A DNA stretch of 64,000 nucleotides from assembly GCA_002633005.1 (NCBI GenBank), contig NMRA01000717.1, positions 87,496-151,495 of the forward strand, written 5' to 3'. The notes under the pieces are model-generated. The model had not been told where the DNA came from. It did not search any database and saw only the letters and a program-made list of their open reading frames with translations. Positions 11,800 to 23,430 of this stretch are shown here, piece after piece. Both the position numbers and the translations under genes were made by a program. The stretch comes from Phoronis australis (Eukaryota; Animalia; Phoronida). How positions within the stretch are numbered: the stretch's first letter is position 1; every line of letters starts with the position of its first letter.

Positions 11800-12016
11800 C
11801 AGGGTCAGCTGAAGTTATCATTATATCTCTTTTATGACACAAACTGTGTGACTGGGCTAAGCATTTTCAAACTAGGGTGTATACATGTATAAACCAGTGG
11901 AGCGCGAGACCCCTGAGGTCCCTGTCAAGTCCTCACGTAATGCACAACACGGTTTAATAAATGTGTGAAGAAGTTCGCCAATAAAATAGACTCAGGTGTG
12001 GATTTAATGTTAACAG

Positions 12017-12363
12017 TTGTTCACTGTCTGCCTGTAGTCGGCTGCATGTTATCTGCTTGTTCACTGTCTCCCTGTAGTCGGCTGCATGTTATCTGCTTGT
12101 TCACTGTCTGCCTGTAGTCGGCTGCATGTTATCCGCTTGTTCACTGTCTCCCTGTAGTCGGCTGCATGTTATCCGCTTGTTCTCTGTCTCCCTGTAGTCG
12201 GCTGCATATTATTCGCTTGTTCACTGTCTCCCTGTAGTCGGCTGCATGTTATCTGCTTGTTCACTGTCTCCCTGTAGGCTAGTCGGCTTCATGTTATCTG
12301 CTTGTTCACTGTCTCCCTGTAGGCTAGTCGGCTGCATGCTATCCGCTTGTTCACTGTCTCCCT
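12017..12363. repeat. Minisatellite, ~40-45 bp unit, ~8 copies
   Basis: TGTTCACTGTCTCCCTGTAGTCGGCTGCATGTTATCYGCT repeated head to tail. Confidence 0.9.
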
Positions 12364-12823
12364 GGAGTCATTGTTATCAGTGTTTCCCACGTTCTTCTAT
12401 AGCAAACCTCACTTGCTGTGTTACTTCACTCACAGCAACTCGAGAACGTTATCACTTCCACAAGGTTTGTATTTTGCGAGCTTGGTCTCCTTGAATGTGG
12501 CTATGTAGTATACTCGTGATCTCGATCCCTTGATTAGTACTATCTAGAGAACCCTGCCTTCTACATCTTCAATATTCCTACGCGCAATGGAGCTGCTGTC
12601 CAAACCACGTCCACTCTGCCACAATTATCATTCCATGATTGCTTTTTGTCCACCTTTTCAACTAACCAACCCGCTGATGCTCAAGCTGGAAAACCTGAAA
12701 ATTATTCAATTTGTGTTTATGTGTAAGTAAGTGCATTCCCACAAGACTATAACTATGGTGTCCGCATCATCTCCGTAAAGCTTCGTTTCAAGGCAAAAAG
12801 ATGATGCATGCTTTTTTCTTTAG

Positions 12824-12985
12824 TCGACGGAGGATGGGGTGAATTTGGTGCTTGGTCGACATGTAGGTGCCAGAAAATTCAGAAACGGACGAGGAAGTGT
12901 AACTCTCCGACGCCTATACATGGCGGCCTGCCCTGTCGCGGGCTTGACACGGAGACGCGGAATTGCTCTGGTCCACGATGTCCGG
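12824..12985 (+). CDS. Mosaic protein exon: thrombospondin type-1 (TSP1) repeat
   Basis: tttag| VDGGWGEFGAWSTCRCQKIQKRTRKCNSPTPIHGGLPCRGLDTETRNCSGPRCP |GTGAGT; phase 1-1. Confidence 0.92.
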
Positions 12986-13451
12986 GTGAGTAAAAATAAA
13001 CTGTTACTTGTATATATAGACTCTGACATAAACCCTTCGTCGCGTTGGAAGCTACGAACATCGGTTTTGTCGTTCCCAGAATGGGTCACGGCACCAAATT
13101 GAAAAGCTTTGTGGCTTTCCGTAATATTAAAATGACTGTGCTGCATCCTTCAATGGCAAAACTAAAAACATGAAAGTGAGGCTTTCATCAAAATAGCCGA
13201 ACACCACGTGACTTTTACAAGTATATAGACAACTAGTAACTTACTCAAAAGGTAACATGCACTTGGAAAGAGAACGCTTGGCAAGACTGACTTAAAATTA
13301 TAAAGTTTTCTATGAGAAAATGACTTAGATTTGCATTGAACCTCCATCTTTAAACCTATGCAGTAATTTTAATTCGGTGCTGTGCACCAGATGTTATGTT
13401 AGATGGACATTGTCAAGTGGTTTGTCTACGTCCTGTCTTCATTCCCAACAG

Positions 13452-13637
13452 CCGTTGATCATTGGAGCGAATGGTCTTCGTGGACCCAGTGCAGCTTCAC
13501 CTGTGCTGCCTCTTTCATGTCACCTCTGGGGATTCACATGAGGCACCGCACATGTACGAAGGAAGATGCCGTGTGCGAAACATATTATGGCAAATACCTG
13601 TTTCAGAGCCGGTTCTGTAACCTACAAATTTGTCCAG
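13452..13637 (+). CDS. Mosaic protein exon: second TSP1 repeat
   Basis: acag| VDHWSEWSSWTQCSFTC...HMRHRTC...QSRFCNLQICP |GTATCT. WxxWxxW and CSxTC motifs; phase 1-1. Confidence 0.92.
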
Positions 13638-13974
13638 GTATCTTAACCTTTCCACTGCGTCTGCATAATACATGTGTACATTAATAATACCACACATTTT
13701 CCTTGGCACACTGCACATAAGTTGATTATGTCCTTCATTGGTTTCCTTTACCCTTCAACAAAGCATTAACGTTCCTCTTAACTTCACGGGGTGACTGAAT
13801 CAAATATTTCATCCGGTGTACGGTCTCCCGTGTCACGTAGAATCCATTTTCGTGCTGTCATTGATGGTAGAAATTTCCAAGTTTGATCTAAAAATTTATA
13901 TGTTTTAATCAGCAGGTGGCAGCACCACACAGGTGCGTCTGCGCAGTTACTGGTTACTCTTTCTTCATCTGCAG

Positions 13975-14193
13975 GAAAGAATTTGGCTCGAGGCCGGATA
14001 TCGCTTCAGTCGTCGAGAGTATCTGGTGGATACCCTCAAAGGGCGGTGGACGGAAGACGTGATAATGATTACAACCTTCGTTCATGCACGCACACATCAC
14101 AAGAAGACAAGCCTTGGTGGCGAGTCCAGTTGACTGAACCGAACAAAGTGGTTGCGGTTCATTCTGTGATGATTACAAACCGTTTACGAGCGG
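13975..14193 (+). CDS. Mosaic protein exon: F-type lectin (fucolectin/FTP) domain, N-terminal half
   Basis: gcag| KNLARGRISLQSS...RAVDG...SCTHT...PWWRVQL...VMITNR |GTGAGT. These are typical FTP motifs. Confidence 0.9.
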
Positions 14194-14534
14194 GTGAGTC
14201 ACGTTTTTGTCACCCATTAAACATGGGCATCGACTTGGGTCAAATTTCTCTCATAAAATGGGTATTCTAATAGTCCTTGGGTAAGATAATACTTTTAGCC
14301 GATATTTTGTCGTCACTATAACGTTGAGTAAGAACCACATATATTATTATTTTGTTTCCATCAAAATGGTACTCCTCAAAACATTGATTGAAGATATACA
14401 CTGTACAATTGACCTATCGCCAGGATTTTTAGTGACGGCTTAACTGACCGATTCGAACGCAGCATTCTTGACTCACCACCGTTTCCAAGCCGCAATTTTA
14501 CCCGAAAAACAACACAGTAGACGCATATGACCTA

Positions 14535-14658
14535 CGCTAGGACCTAGCTAAAACCTAGTCAAAGTCACGTGTTCTCATTTAAAATACACGGCAATATCTC
14601 ACCAAATCTCACGAAGTCTTGCTTTTTAGCGAGGTCCTAGCGTTACTGAACGGGAGGC
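14535..14658 (+). repeat. Short interspersed repeat, with two further tandem copies at ~16105-16365
   Basis: GTCACGTGTTCTCATTTAAAATACACGGCAATATCTC...GTCTTGCTTTTTAGCGAGGTCCTAGCGTTACTGAACGGGAGGC occurs three times. Confidence 0.8.
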
Positions 14659-15396
14659 TGGTAAAACTTATTGTTTGTTTGTCGACATTTCGCAAGAGGC
14701 GGAACGTGCAATAGGTCATTTGGTACTTATTTGAAATGTCATTGGTAACGAAAGAAGTAATGTGCATGCGCTTGTGTATGACTTCCTGTCAATACGTCAA
14801 CATTCATTGACGCATTTACTGTTCTGATAAAAATTTATGTTTACCAAAATTCCCAATAAAAGGGAAACGGGGTGTTTGAAATGACAAAAAGTGTTTTGTT
14901 GTATACAGAAAAGTCACAACTCGTAAGGAACTTGTTTCTGAAATTTCATCAAACCTGTTATAAATAAAAAAGAAACATTCATTTGTGCTAAATAGTATTG
15001 AGGTCTGAAATCTCTTGAATAGTACAGGTAATTTGTGCAGTAAATTGCTGCCTAATAATTTCCATTAATCAATCAAAATATAGTTTCCCAGTAAAGTGCT
15101 TAGGAGACAATAACATTTTGCGGAAATTAGAGGTTAAACTATATCACTTTTAAACAAAACTTGAGCGAAGATGACAAGTCTAGGGTTGAAGGACCTCTCT
15201 CTCTCTGTCTCTCCCTAATTCGTCTTAGATACGAGGTATGATGACGTCATAAAATCACTGGAAACAGAGTATTAACATTGCTAAAATCTTTTGATCTAAT
15301 CTATTTCTATCGGTATTTACTGTGTAATAAACATCGCTGATTTACATTGGTACATGTATGTAATGCATATTAAACATCACTGATTTTCCGTTTTAG

Positions 15397-15627
15397 GGGA
15401 AAGGCTGCGGAACTTCAAAGTTCTTGGTTTGCGCAATTTCAAGGAGTCACTTTGTTTCCACTATCGAGGTCAATTTCCGGGTGCCGAGACCCTGATTCTG
15501 CCTTGCAACGCCCCAAAAGATCCGGAAAAGAAACGAAAGGAATTCCATGTGAAAGATCTAATAATTCGCCTTGAAGATCCCGGAATATTGACACTGTGTG
15601 AAGTTGAGGTTTTTGGTGAGGATCCCG
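15397..15627 (+). CDS. Mosaic protein exon: F-type lectin domain, C-terminal half
   Basis: tttag| ERLRNFKV...C...C...ILTLCEVEVFG |GTGAGT. LxLCEVEVFG is the FTP C-terminal signature; in frame with the previous exon. Confidence 0.9.
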
Positions 15628-17004
15628 GTGAGTCAACTCTCAAGCAAGTTTAGGGTTCTGCAGCTGTTGAGACAGTGTCCATGCGTACTAGTACGGATAC
15701 TCAATGATTCATGTGGGGACTCCAGGGCACTACTTGTGTTGTTAGAGTATGCTTGGGTCCTTGTGGGTGCTGCAGCGTTTGGTGCTGTATAGTACTGTAG
15801 AGGTGGTACCAGAGGATATTTCAGCTATTGATAGGGTCATGGTTAGTACTGGGGTTTTGGTGGGTCCCAGTGTTTCTGGAGACTGTTTCAACTGTTACTA
15901 AGGTTCGGCAAGCTATTGTACCATGTTGAGAGAATGAACGCCACTGAAGTCGTTTGAGGATCTCAGAGGGCGCTGTAGCTCTTGATGGTATGTTGTGGAT
16001 GCTGCGCTTGCGCGAGGTGCGGGTTAGCTGGAAGGCGTCCTGTTGAGAACTACTGTTGTTGAAGGGTTTGAAGAGTAATACAGGCGTGCGATCAGTAGAC
16101 GCGAGGACCTACGCCAGGACCTAGCTAAAACCTAGCGTGCGTTCAGTAAACGCTAGGACCTACGTCACGTGTTCTCATTTAAAATACACGGCAATATCTC
16201 ACGTAATCTCGCGAAGTCTTGCTTTTTAGCGAGGTCCTAGTGTTACTGAACAGGAGGCTAGTCAAAGTCACGTGTTCTCATTTAAAATGCACGGCAATAT
16301 CTCACGTAGTCTTTCAAAGTCTTGCTTTTTAGCGAGGTCCTTCCTAGCGTTACTGAACGGGAGGCAGTTGTTTATGGTTGATTCGGTAGGTGCTGCAAAT
16401 GTGCAGGCTGCTTTGGGAGTTCTTCAGCCGTTGAGATTGACATAAAATGTGCTGCTGTTGACGGGTTCCCGATGGGTCAGCATATCTGACAACGGGGAGT
16501 CTATAGTGAACAAATGTGTCCCGCGCGGCCTAACTAATATTTCTTTAGGCATAATGTTCCCAAAAAAGCCAAAATCGGAAGGTTGTTGTTTTACAGGGTC
16601 ACACTGTGTTACAGGCCTTAATTTTATTGATTTAGTCTTAGTTTTTTCACGTTGCTGCCCATCTTGGCCAGCTAGCTTCAAAGAGTGATTTCACTGGAGT
16701 TAATCTTACCACGTTGCCCATACCCTATGTGGTTATAGCTCAACTTCTCTGGGAGCTCTTTTCTATGTTTTAGGAATTCTGCAGTTGCATTTGTCCACTC
16801 TCGTAAGGCGGTTTTGCTCTGTGTTTCGTGAATCCTGTTACGGTAAAAATTCCATCGTTGGATATTTGGGTATTTCATTGTAGATCCGTTAATGGTAAGT
16901 CCATTCTGGACCAGTCAGGATAAATGTTAATTTATGGTGTGACATTTGCACTCATGCAGTGGAAACAGTTCGTGCAAATCCCAATCTAATGTTGTTCTAC
17001 ACAG

Positions 17005-17175
17005 GATGCTTTGACCCGACCACTGGCAAGTTTACAGCCTTCACTCGGACAATGTGTGCGTTCAACGATTGCGTTTGGCTGAGGACCAAGGCGTATGTAA
17101 GGCAACACTGTACAAACCCTGGCGGCTACAGTTTTTTCCACCCGGACCAATGCAGAATCATCGAGTGTCCACGCC
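17005..17175 (+). CDS. Mosaic protein exon: short Cys-rich, degenerate kringle-like module
   Basis: acacag| CFDPTTGKF...CAFNDCVW...HCTNPGG...QCRIIECPR |GTAAGA. Six Cys, phase 1-1; CTNP and CxIxxC resemble kringle motifs. Confidence 0.65.
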
Positions 17176-19299
17176 GTAAGATATAGGTGTTACACAGATA
17201 TCCAACTTTATACACTACTTGCGCACTCTGGTGGCGCTGCAAAAATTCATTGCTGTGCATTGAAGCTTAGGTTCTAGCATCAATTCTAACGACCAAACAT
17301 GAAACTGCGCGTGCTCCACGTGCAAAATCATTGTAATGTGAGCACAGAATGTCGTTTTCAATGGCGGAATCAACCTGTTAGTTGGTACAGTTTAAAAACA
17401 AAATGTGTTCTTAATGAAAAATTTCTGAACAGTGCCAAAAAATTGTTGTCAACTGCCCAGATTTGTCTCGTCTCTCGTTTATTACCATTGTAACAAAAAA
17501 TGCGGTTGTTGTAACTAAATTGTGTGGCGGGAAGGTTTTAGGTAAGGCAATTTTTGAGACCAAGAAAGACGGACCGGCCTTCATACAGCTGAGGAGTGAT
17601 CGACACCTGTCGCCCTTCCAACCCAAAAACGTCACCATAAACCCAAGTCCATTTTTGGTTGAATCACTGCTGCTAAAATACTCTGACATACGTACGTCAT
17701 GCTTACATACTGATGACCACCCAGCCTGAATGACTTACATTTGTTTGTTGGATTGGTCACAACCATGACCAGGGTGCAAATTTACGCCTTAAACGACGTC
17801 ACTAACTTCGCTAAGTCTGCACGTTAAACCCGAAAGCGGATGTGTCAGTAACCAGTTCACGTTATATCTCCACATATGCGTTGTTTTCGAATAGAAAGCT
17901 TCAGCTACACTTTCACGGCTATCGTCGTGAACATGTACATGTATATGTACATCAACGTCACCAGAGGTCACGCGGTGGCAGGCGAGAGGTGCGGGTGCAG
18001 GAAACTGGTGGCGACACTATACATTCAACCCCCGGTAAAAACAATCAATATACCTGATACAAAAATTCTTACCATCCATTTTTCTGACACCAAAAGCGAT
18101 TTTGCGCAAAATTCAAATAAGCGTTGTGTTTATTTCATGGTGTTAGTTACACCAATTTCTAATTTAAACACTTCTGTCGTTTTATTTTATGAAATATTTC
18201 CAAAATTGAGACGTTTTGGAATTTGAGTCACCTATAATTTCTGAGAACAAAGGTCATGTTTCAAGCATTTAGTTGAGTAAGACTCATTCACCGAGCTAAA
18301 CATCTTCTCCAGGGTGACTAAAGCTCCTAAAACATTACCAAAGTTACGCGATTCAATCACAGTACCTCTAGTACAGCAGCGACACTGCCAGGAGAATTCG
18401 TCGAATAGCCACATATACCGACCAATCGGCAGTTAAATTTCCAAGTAATACACTTAAACGCGAGATAGTTCGTGCCCATGGTTACTGTTCATGTGACAAG
18501 ACTAACATAAAATTGTAATTCAACAGTGTCACGCAGTAATCAAAAATGACGGTCTCGCGCCTTCGTGTTCACGTTCAATGAGTTGCCGAACATCACTATT
18601 TGAGTACGTCCAAGCCAACACACGCGGACATTTTTTGATAATTTGTCGCCAGAAGTCAAACTGTTTACTATATTTTTGCAGTTCAGTTCGTAAAAATTTG
18701 AATGTTCGTTGATATTAAGGCATTTTCTTTTCAAATTTAAACGATCTGTCATCTGCTCGGCGTTTCGTCGACTTTCTCCCACAACTCCTTATTCGGTATT
18801 GGAAGGCAAGAACGTTTGAATGGCTGTTAGAGAGAAAGTGCCGGCGTAAAGTTACATGTACGCAGCAAGTAATTACTTTACGCTGAAAATAATTACTTTA
18901 CGCCTCTAAATACATGTAGATACTTTACGTCTCAGGGCCACAGGAAGCGGGGGGATGCATTGTACAACTGTATCTCAGCTACAGTTTCCTGAGGCAGCTC
19001 CCAGTTACCGTCTGTGCGCTGCATGACCTTAATCCCACTCTTACTCTCCGTAAAACTTCGGTGATTCACGATTACTAAAATCCTGTTTGACCCTACCCCC
19101 ACCTATGGCGGACTGTCGGGGCGGGGAGTTCAGTGCAAACATGTCGGTATCCCGAGAACGGGGGTTGGCGGCGGAGATGCTAGCGATAGGAAAGTGAGGG
19201 GTAGTTGGGCGAATTCAAATTGGTTTGTGCCCCCCTCCCCCACCCAAACCTTTTTTTTTGCATTCTTACAGTCCTGCTTCTCTGATGGACAGTACCTTA

Positions 19300-20232
19300 C
19301 ACACGTACTTAAACGGTGTATATAATTTTTGGGGCGTAAAGTAATTATTTTACCCCGAAAATAATTGCTTTGTGCCGCACGAAGTTAATTACGCCGCAAA
19401 TACTTAATTTATGCTACTATTAATAATTAATTCGCACACGTAATATTGCGGCGGAAGTTTCCACCCGACGGCCCAGACCTTTCATGTGAACAAAAAAATG
19501 GAGAAAGCAGCAGCCAGTCCGACTTTTTGACCATTGGGACGAAAGAGTATCGCATACGTATGTGTTTCAAAAATCTGACGTTTTTTTATAAACACTTATA
19601 ATAATGAAAATTCATAACTCTCACGTTCCCATCCCCAAGAGATAAATTCGTCACAATATGTTTTAAAGAGTCTTCGCGTTCCATGCCTCTTCAGCACTTT
19701 CCACACTTAGCGACTTCCTCGTAATTTAGGAGACAGCAGAGGGCGCTGTGCTCAGTCCTGCAGACGNCACACGTACTTAAACGGTGTATATAATTTTTGG
19801 GGCGTAAAGTAATTATTTTACCCCGAAAATAATTGCTTTATGCCGCACGAAGTTAATTACGCCGCAAATACTTAATTTATGCTACTATTAATAATTAATT
19901 CGCACACGTAATATTGCGGCGGAAGTTTCCACCCGACGGCCCAGACCTTTCATGTGAACAAAAAATGGAGAAAGCAGCAGCCAGTCCGACTTTTTGACCA
20001 TTGGGACGAAAGAGTATCGCATACGTATGTGTTTCAAAAATCTGACGTTTTTTATAAACACTTATAATAATGAAAATTCATAACTCTCACGTTCCCATCC
20101 CCAAGAGATAAATTCGTCACAATATGTTTTAAAGAGTCTTCGCGTTCCATGCCTCTTCAGCACTTTCCACACTTAGCGACTTCCTCGTAATTTAGGAGAC
20201 AGCAGAGGGCGCTGTGCTCAGTCCTGCAGACG
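19300..20232. repeat. Near-perfect ~467-bp tandem duplication
   Basis: 19300-19766 is nearly identical to 19767-20232, with no n at the junction. Confidence 0.9.
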
Positions 20233-20333
20233 AGTCTTGTGACAATAACAACCCCAAATTGTAGAGCCAGTAAGTTACTCATTTTCTGAACCATTATAAA
20301 ATTCCACCTGACGTTGATTGTCACGTGATCTAG

Positions 20334-20528
20334 GTGACGTCGAGTTCACCTTTACGTCCTGGTCTTCGTGGGGTCAATGTGAACGAACGGCTGGTTACCT
20401 ATACCAGTCTCGTCATAAGTATTCGGTCTCGTCTCGATACTACAGTGGCGATGATCCGCTGGCCCTAGGAAGCGCTGGTGTGTATGCGCCTACCATGTAT
20501 AACGACCAGAAGGTGTGTGAGACTACAG
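20334..20528 (+). CDS. Mosaic protein exon: divergent TSP1-like module
   Basis: ctag| DVEFTFTSWSSWGQCERT...YQSRHK...DQKVCETT |GTAAGT; phase 1-1. Confidence 0.75.
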
Positions 20529-21156
20529 GTAAGTTTGTTTCTATTAAAATGACATGAGAGTTACTCTACTGCACCCAATGAAGATCACAAGAGCAACCAA
20601 ATATGAGGAGTGACTTGTCAGTGCATACGACCTGAGATTTACTTACATGGAACTCATTCAAACTGGAAGGTAATGAGCCCCCAGGTGCTGTAAAAATTTG
20701 CAAATCGAAAAGAGAGGTTTCAATAACTGCTAAGCTGTTGAAGTCAATATCTCTCAAAGACCGAAAATCATTGAAAAGCGGTGAAGAATATACGCAGTTT
20801 AAGGTATTGTTTCTCGAAAACGAAAACAATTAGCCAATTCCACCGTGTGGTGGCGCTATAATAAAGCATTAGTGTGTTTCAACCCTACATAGCCTAGACA
20901 CACTGCGCACCTCGTCATTTTATCTAAAAATTTCCTGGAAGTACTGAGTTCGGTAATGTTTTTGCTGTATGTGTGTACATGTACATGTAGGTATTTCACA
21001 CCATATGTTTTCGCTGAACTAGGTAGCCGACCTAATGTCCGTCCATCACAGGAAATTATAATTTTTAGAATAAGCTCGCCGCCTCTGTACTTAGAGAGAC
21101 TGGTGTTGTCTTCTTCAAAGAAAATATCACTTTTTTCTTAATTATGTCTTTTTCAG

Positions 21157-21546
21157 ATGCCACAATGGATTCTTCAACTTTAGTGTCTGGGGATGGCACT
21201 GCAACGTTCACCTGCAAATTTGGTTACCCGTATAAAGGGTCTCCAGTCATATACTGGTTTGCTCGAAAAGCTAGCGAATTCCCCAACAAGTTTTTCCCCG
21301 TTGCTACCACAGGCGGCGAATCAGGTGACGACGAGGTGCTCCCATTCTATAGATCCTATGTAAGCTGGCGAGTGAGAGAGGTGGCTATAGAATTTCATGA
21401 AGGATACCCCAAGAAAGGTACATCGCGTATGGTAGTTGATTATTTGACCTACAGGGACCAGCACTTACAATTGGGCTGTGCATCTTGGGATAGGAAAACC
21501 AGAGAACCAACGGAGGCTAAGGCGTGGACTCGACTACATTTTAGCG
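21157..21546 (+). CDS. Mosaic protein exon: Ig-like domain
   Basis: tttcag| ...ATFTCKF...VIYWF...SRMVV...LQLGCAS...TRLHFS |GTAAGC. C...W...C spacing of an Ig fold; phase 1-1. Confidence 0.78.
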
Positions 21547-21696
21547 GTAAGCTATACCCGGACATTTAAAGATGTTTTTAATGAAAAATGCAAATACTGT
21601 AGCTTCAAGTGATATTTCCTAGAAATTCTACTAGAGGTATGTGACTTGTATACGTCTCCACGTCAAACATGCAAAAGATTAACATTAGCTGGACGA

Positions 21697-21912
21697 GATA
21701 ACAGCGTGTAATAGTATTGTAAAAATAACAGCGTGTAGCAGTATTATAAAAATAACAGCGTGTAATAGTATTATAAAAATAACAACATGCAATAGTATTA
21801 TAAAAATAACAGCGAGTGATAGTTTTATAAAAATAACAACATGTAGTAGTATCATAAAAATAACAACGTGTAATAGTATTATAAAATAACAGCACGTAAT
21901 ATTATTATAAAA
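21697..21912. repeat. Minisatellite, 27-bp unit, ~8 copies
   Basis: AAAATAACAGCGTGTAATAGTATTATA repeated. Confidence 0.9.
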
Positions 21913-23430
21913 AAGGAATGAACCACAGAGTTTATTTAAGTGACTAATTCAACCAGTACGGAAATAATCCTAGTGACTCAAAAGATTTCTACCCTGGCTA
22001 TCAAGGCAAAGATTGTAGAATATGAATCTCTCGCAGTTGCTGTGAAGAAATTAGTCAGGCATTCATCCAAAAGTACACACCATTATATATCAATTGGACC
22101 TTTGGTGCCGTTTGATGCAGTTCTTGAGTAAAAATTCATGATGAAGTGACATTTGCAAAAGTGGGATAAACTAATTACTACAAGTACATCTCTGATTACA
22201 AGGGCTTTCTGGTACATGTAGATATAAAATGAGCAAACATGTGTTGTGTAGGTTTGAAATGCACTGTGGAGAGATCATTATATAGCCTGCAGGGTAGTTT
22301 GAAAATAATCCCATCTTCTGAAAGTGAAAATTAGTTATCCTGATACGTGTACGTATGACACCGTAAACAAGAGGCGTTGGAACAAATTTTACGATTGTTA
22401 TGTTATTACAGAAAGTGGAGTCTGGATAATAACAATATTCCTGACAAAGGGACAAATGAGCACCTGCTTCATAGTTGTCAACAGTCAGGAATAAATACGG
22501 ATCAACTCGATTGAAAAGCGGCACTTTTCGGATAAAAACAGGGCATCTGAGCCTATGCCAAAACGCAGTGATGAAGTGTTCGCTGCAACACAGAATGAGG
22601 CACCGAAATTTTTTATCTAACGGGAGACGTTGCACCCAAAATGGCACTTGACGGTGTTTTTGTTGTTTTTAAGTCGATTGCGCATTTGCGGCTGTCCCAA
22701 AAACCCATGAAAAGTATTTTTTCTTTTGAGTAGAACGGAAAATAGTGCTTTGTCGCGTGGGAAATTACTGTAGTACATAATTCGTGTACGTCATTGTCGC
22801 CGCGTGTCAAAAAGCGCTAGTGTGGTGGGGTGGCGGGAAAATTCAGGATAGTCCAAAAAGAGCGGGACATTTACTGCTCGGAAATCGAATGAACAAAATA
22901 GTGCCTGAGTAACAGGTACACAAAGCACAAATGGATTATTATAGAAACAATGAAAAAGTCATTATATATGCAAATACGAAAACCCACACGCACACACACA
23001 CACGCACAAACACACACGCACAAACACACACACAAATACGCGAGCAGTTTTTTTGAAAGTCACCAACCAGTGGGAGCTAAACATGTCATTTATAATGGCG
23101 GCACAAACATTCAATAACCAAATGCTAATACTTTCTATAAAATACGGTAACATGATTTTACACCCAAAAATGTCTTGTCGAAAAACTTCCCGGTATCCGG
23201 CCAGGATCACGGATCGGTGCTTATCAAGAATGATCTACGTTATTGTCCGGGTTGTTAATCAATTTTGACGCAATCTGTATACGGTCTTGCTTTAGTTTGT
23301 ACAATTACAGTAGCTAACTTAGAACGGTCAGTGAACAACAATTTGTGGCCAACGTCCTCAAATTTAAAATTGTTGATTTTGGTCGGCTGACTATCGGGTG
23401 CAGCAGAAATCAGGGATTTAGGGGGAAAGC

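Noticed and set aside
12017-12363. Regularly spaced repeats resembling a CRISPR array (also 30248-30451 and 36281-36481)
   Set aside because: The units are head to tail with no unique spacers, there are no cas genes, and the context is eukaryotic introns.
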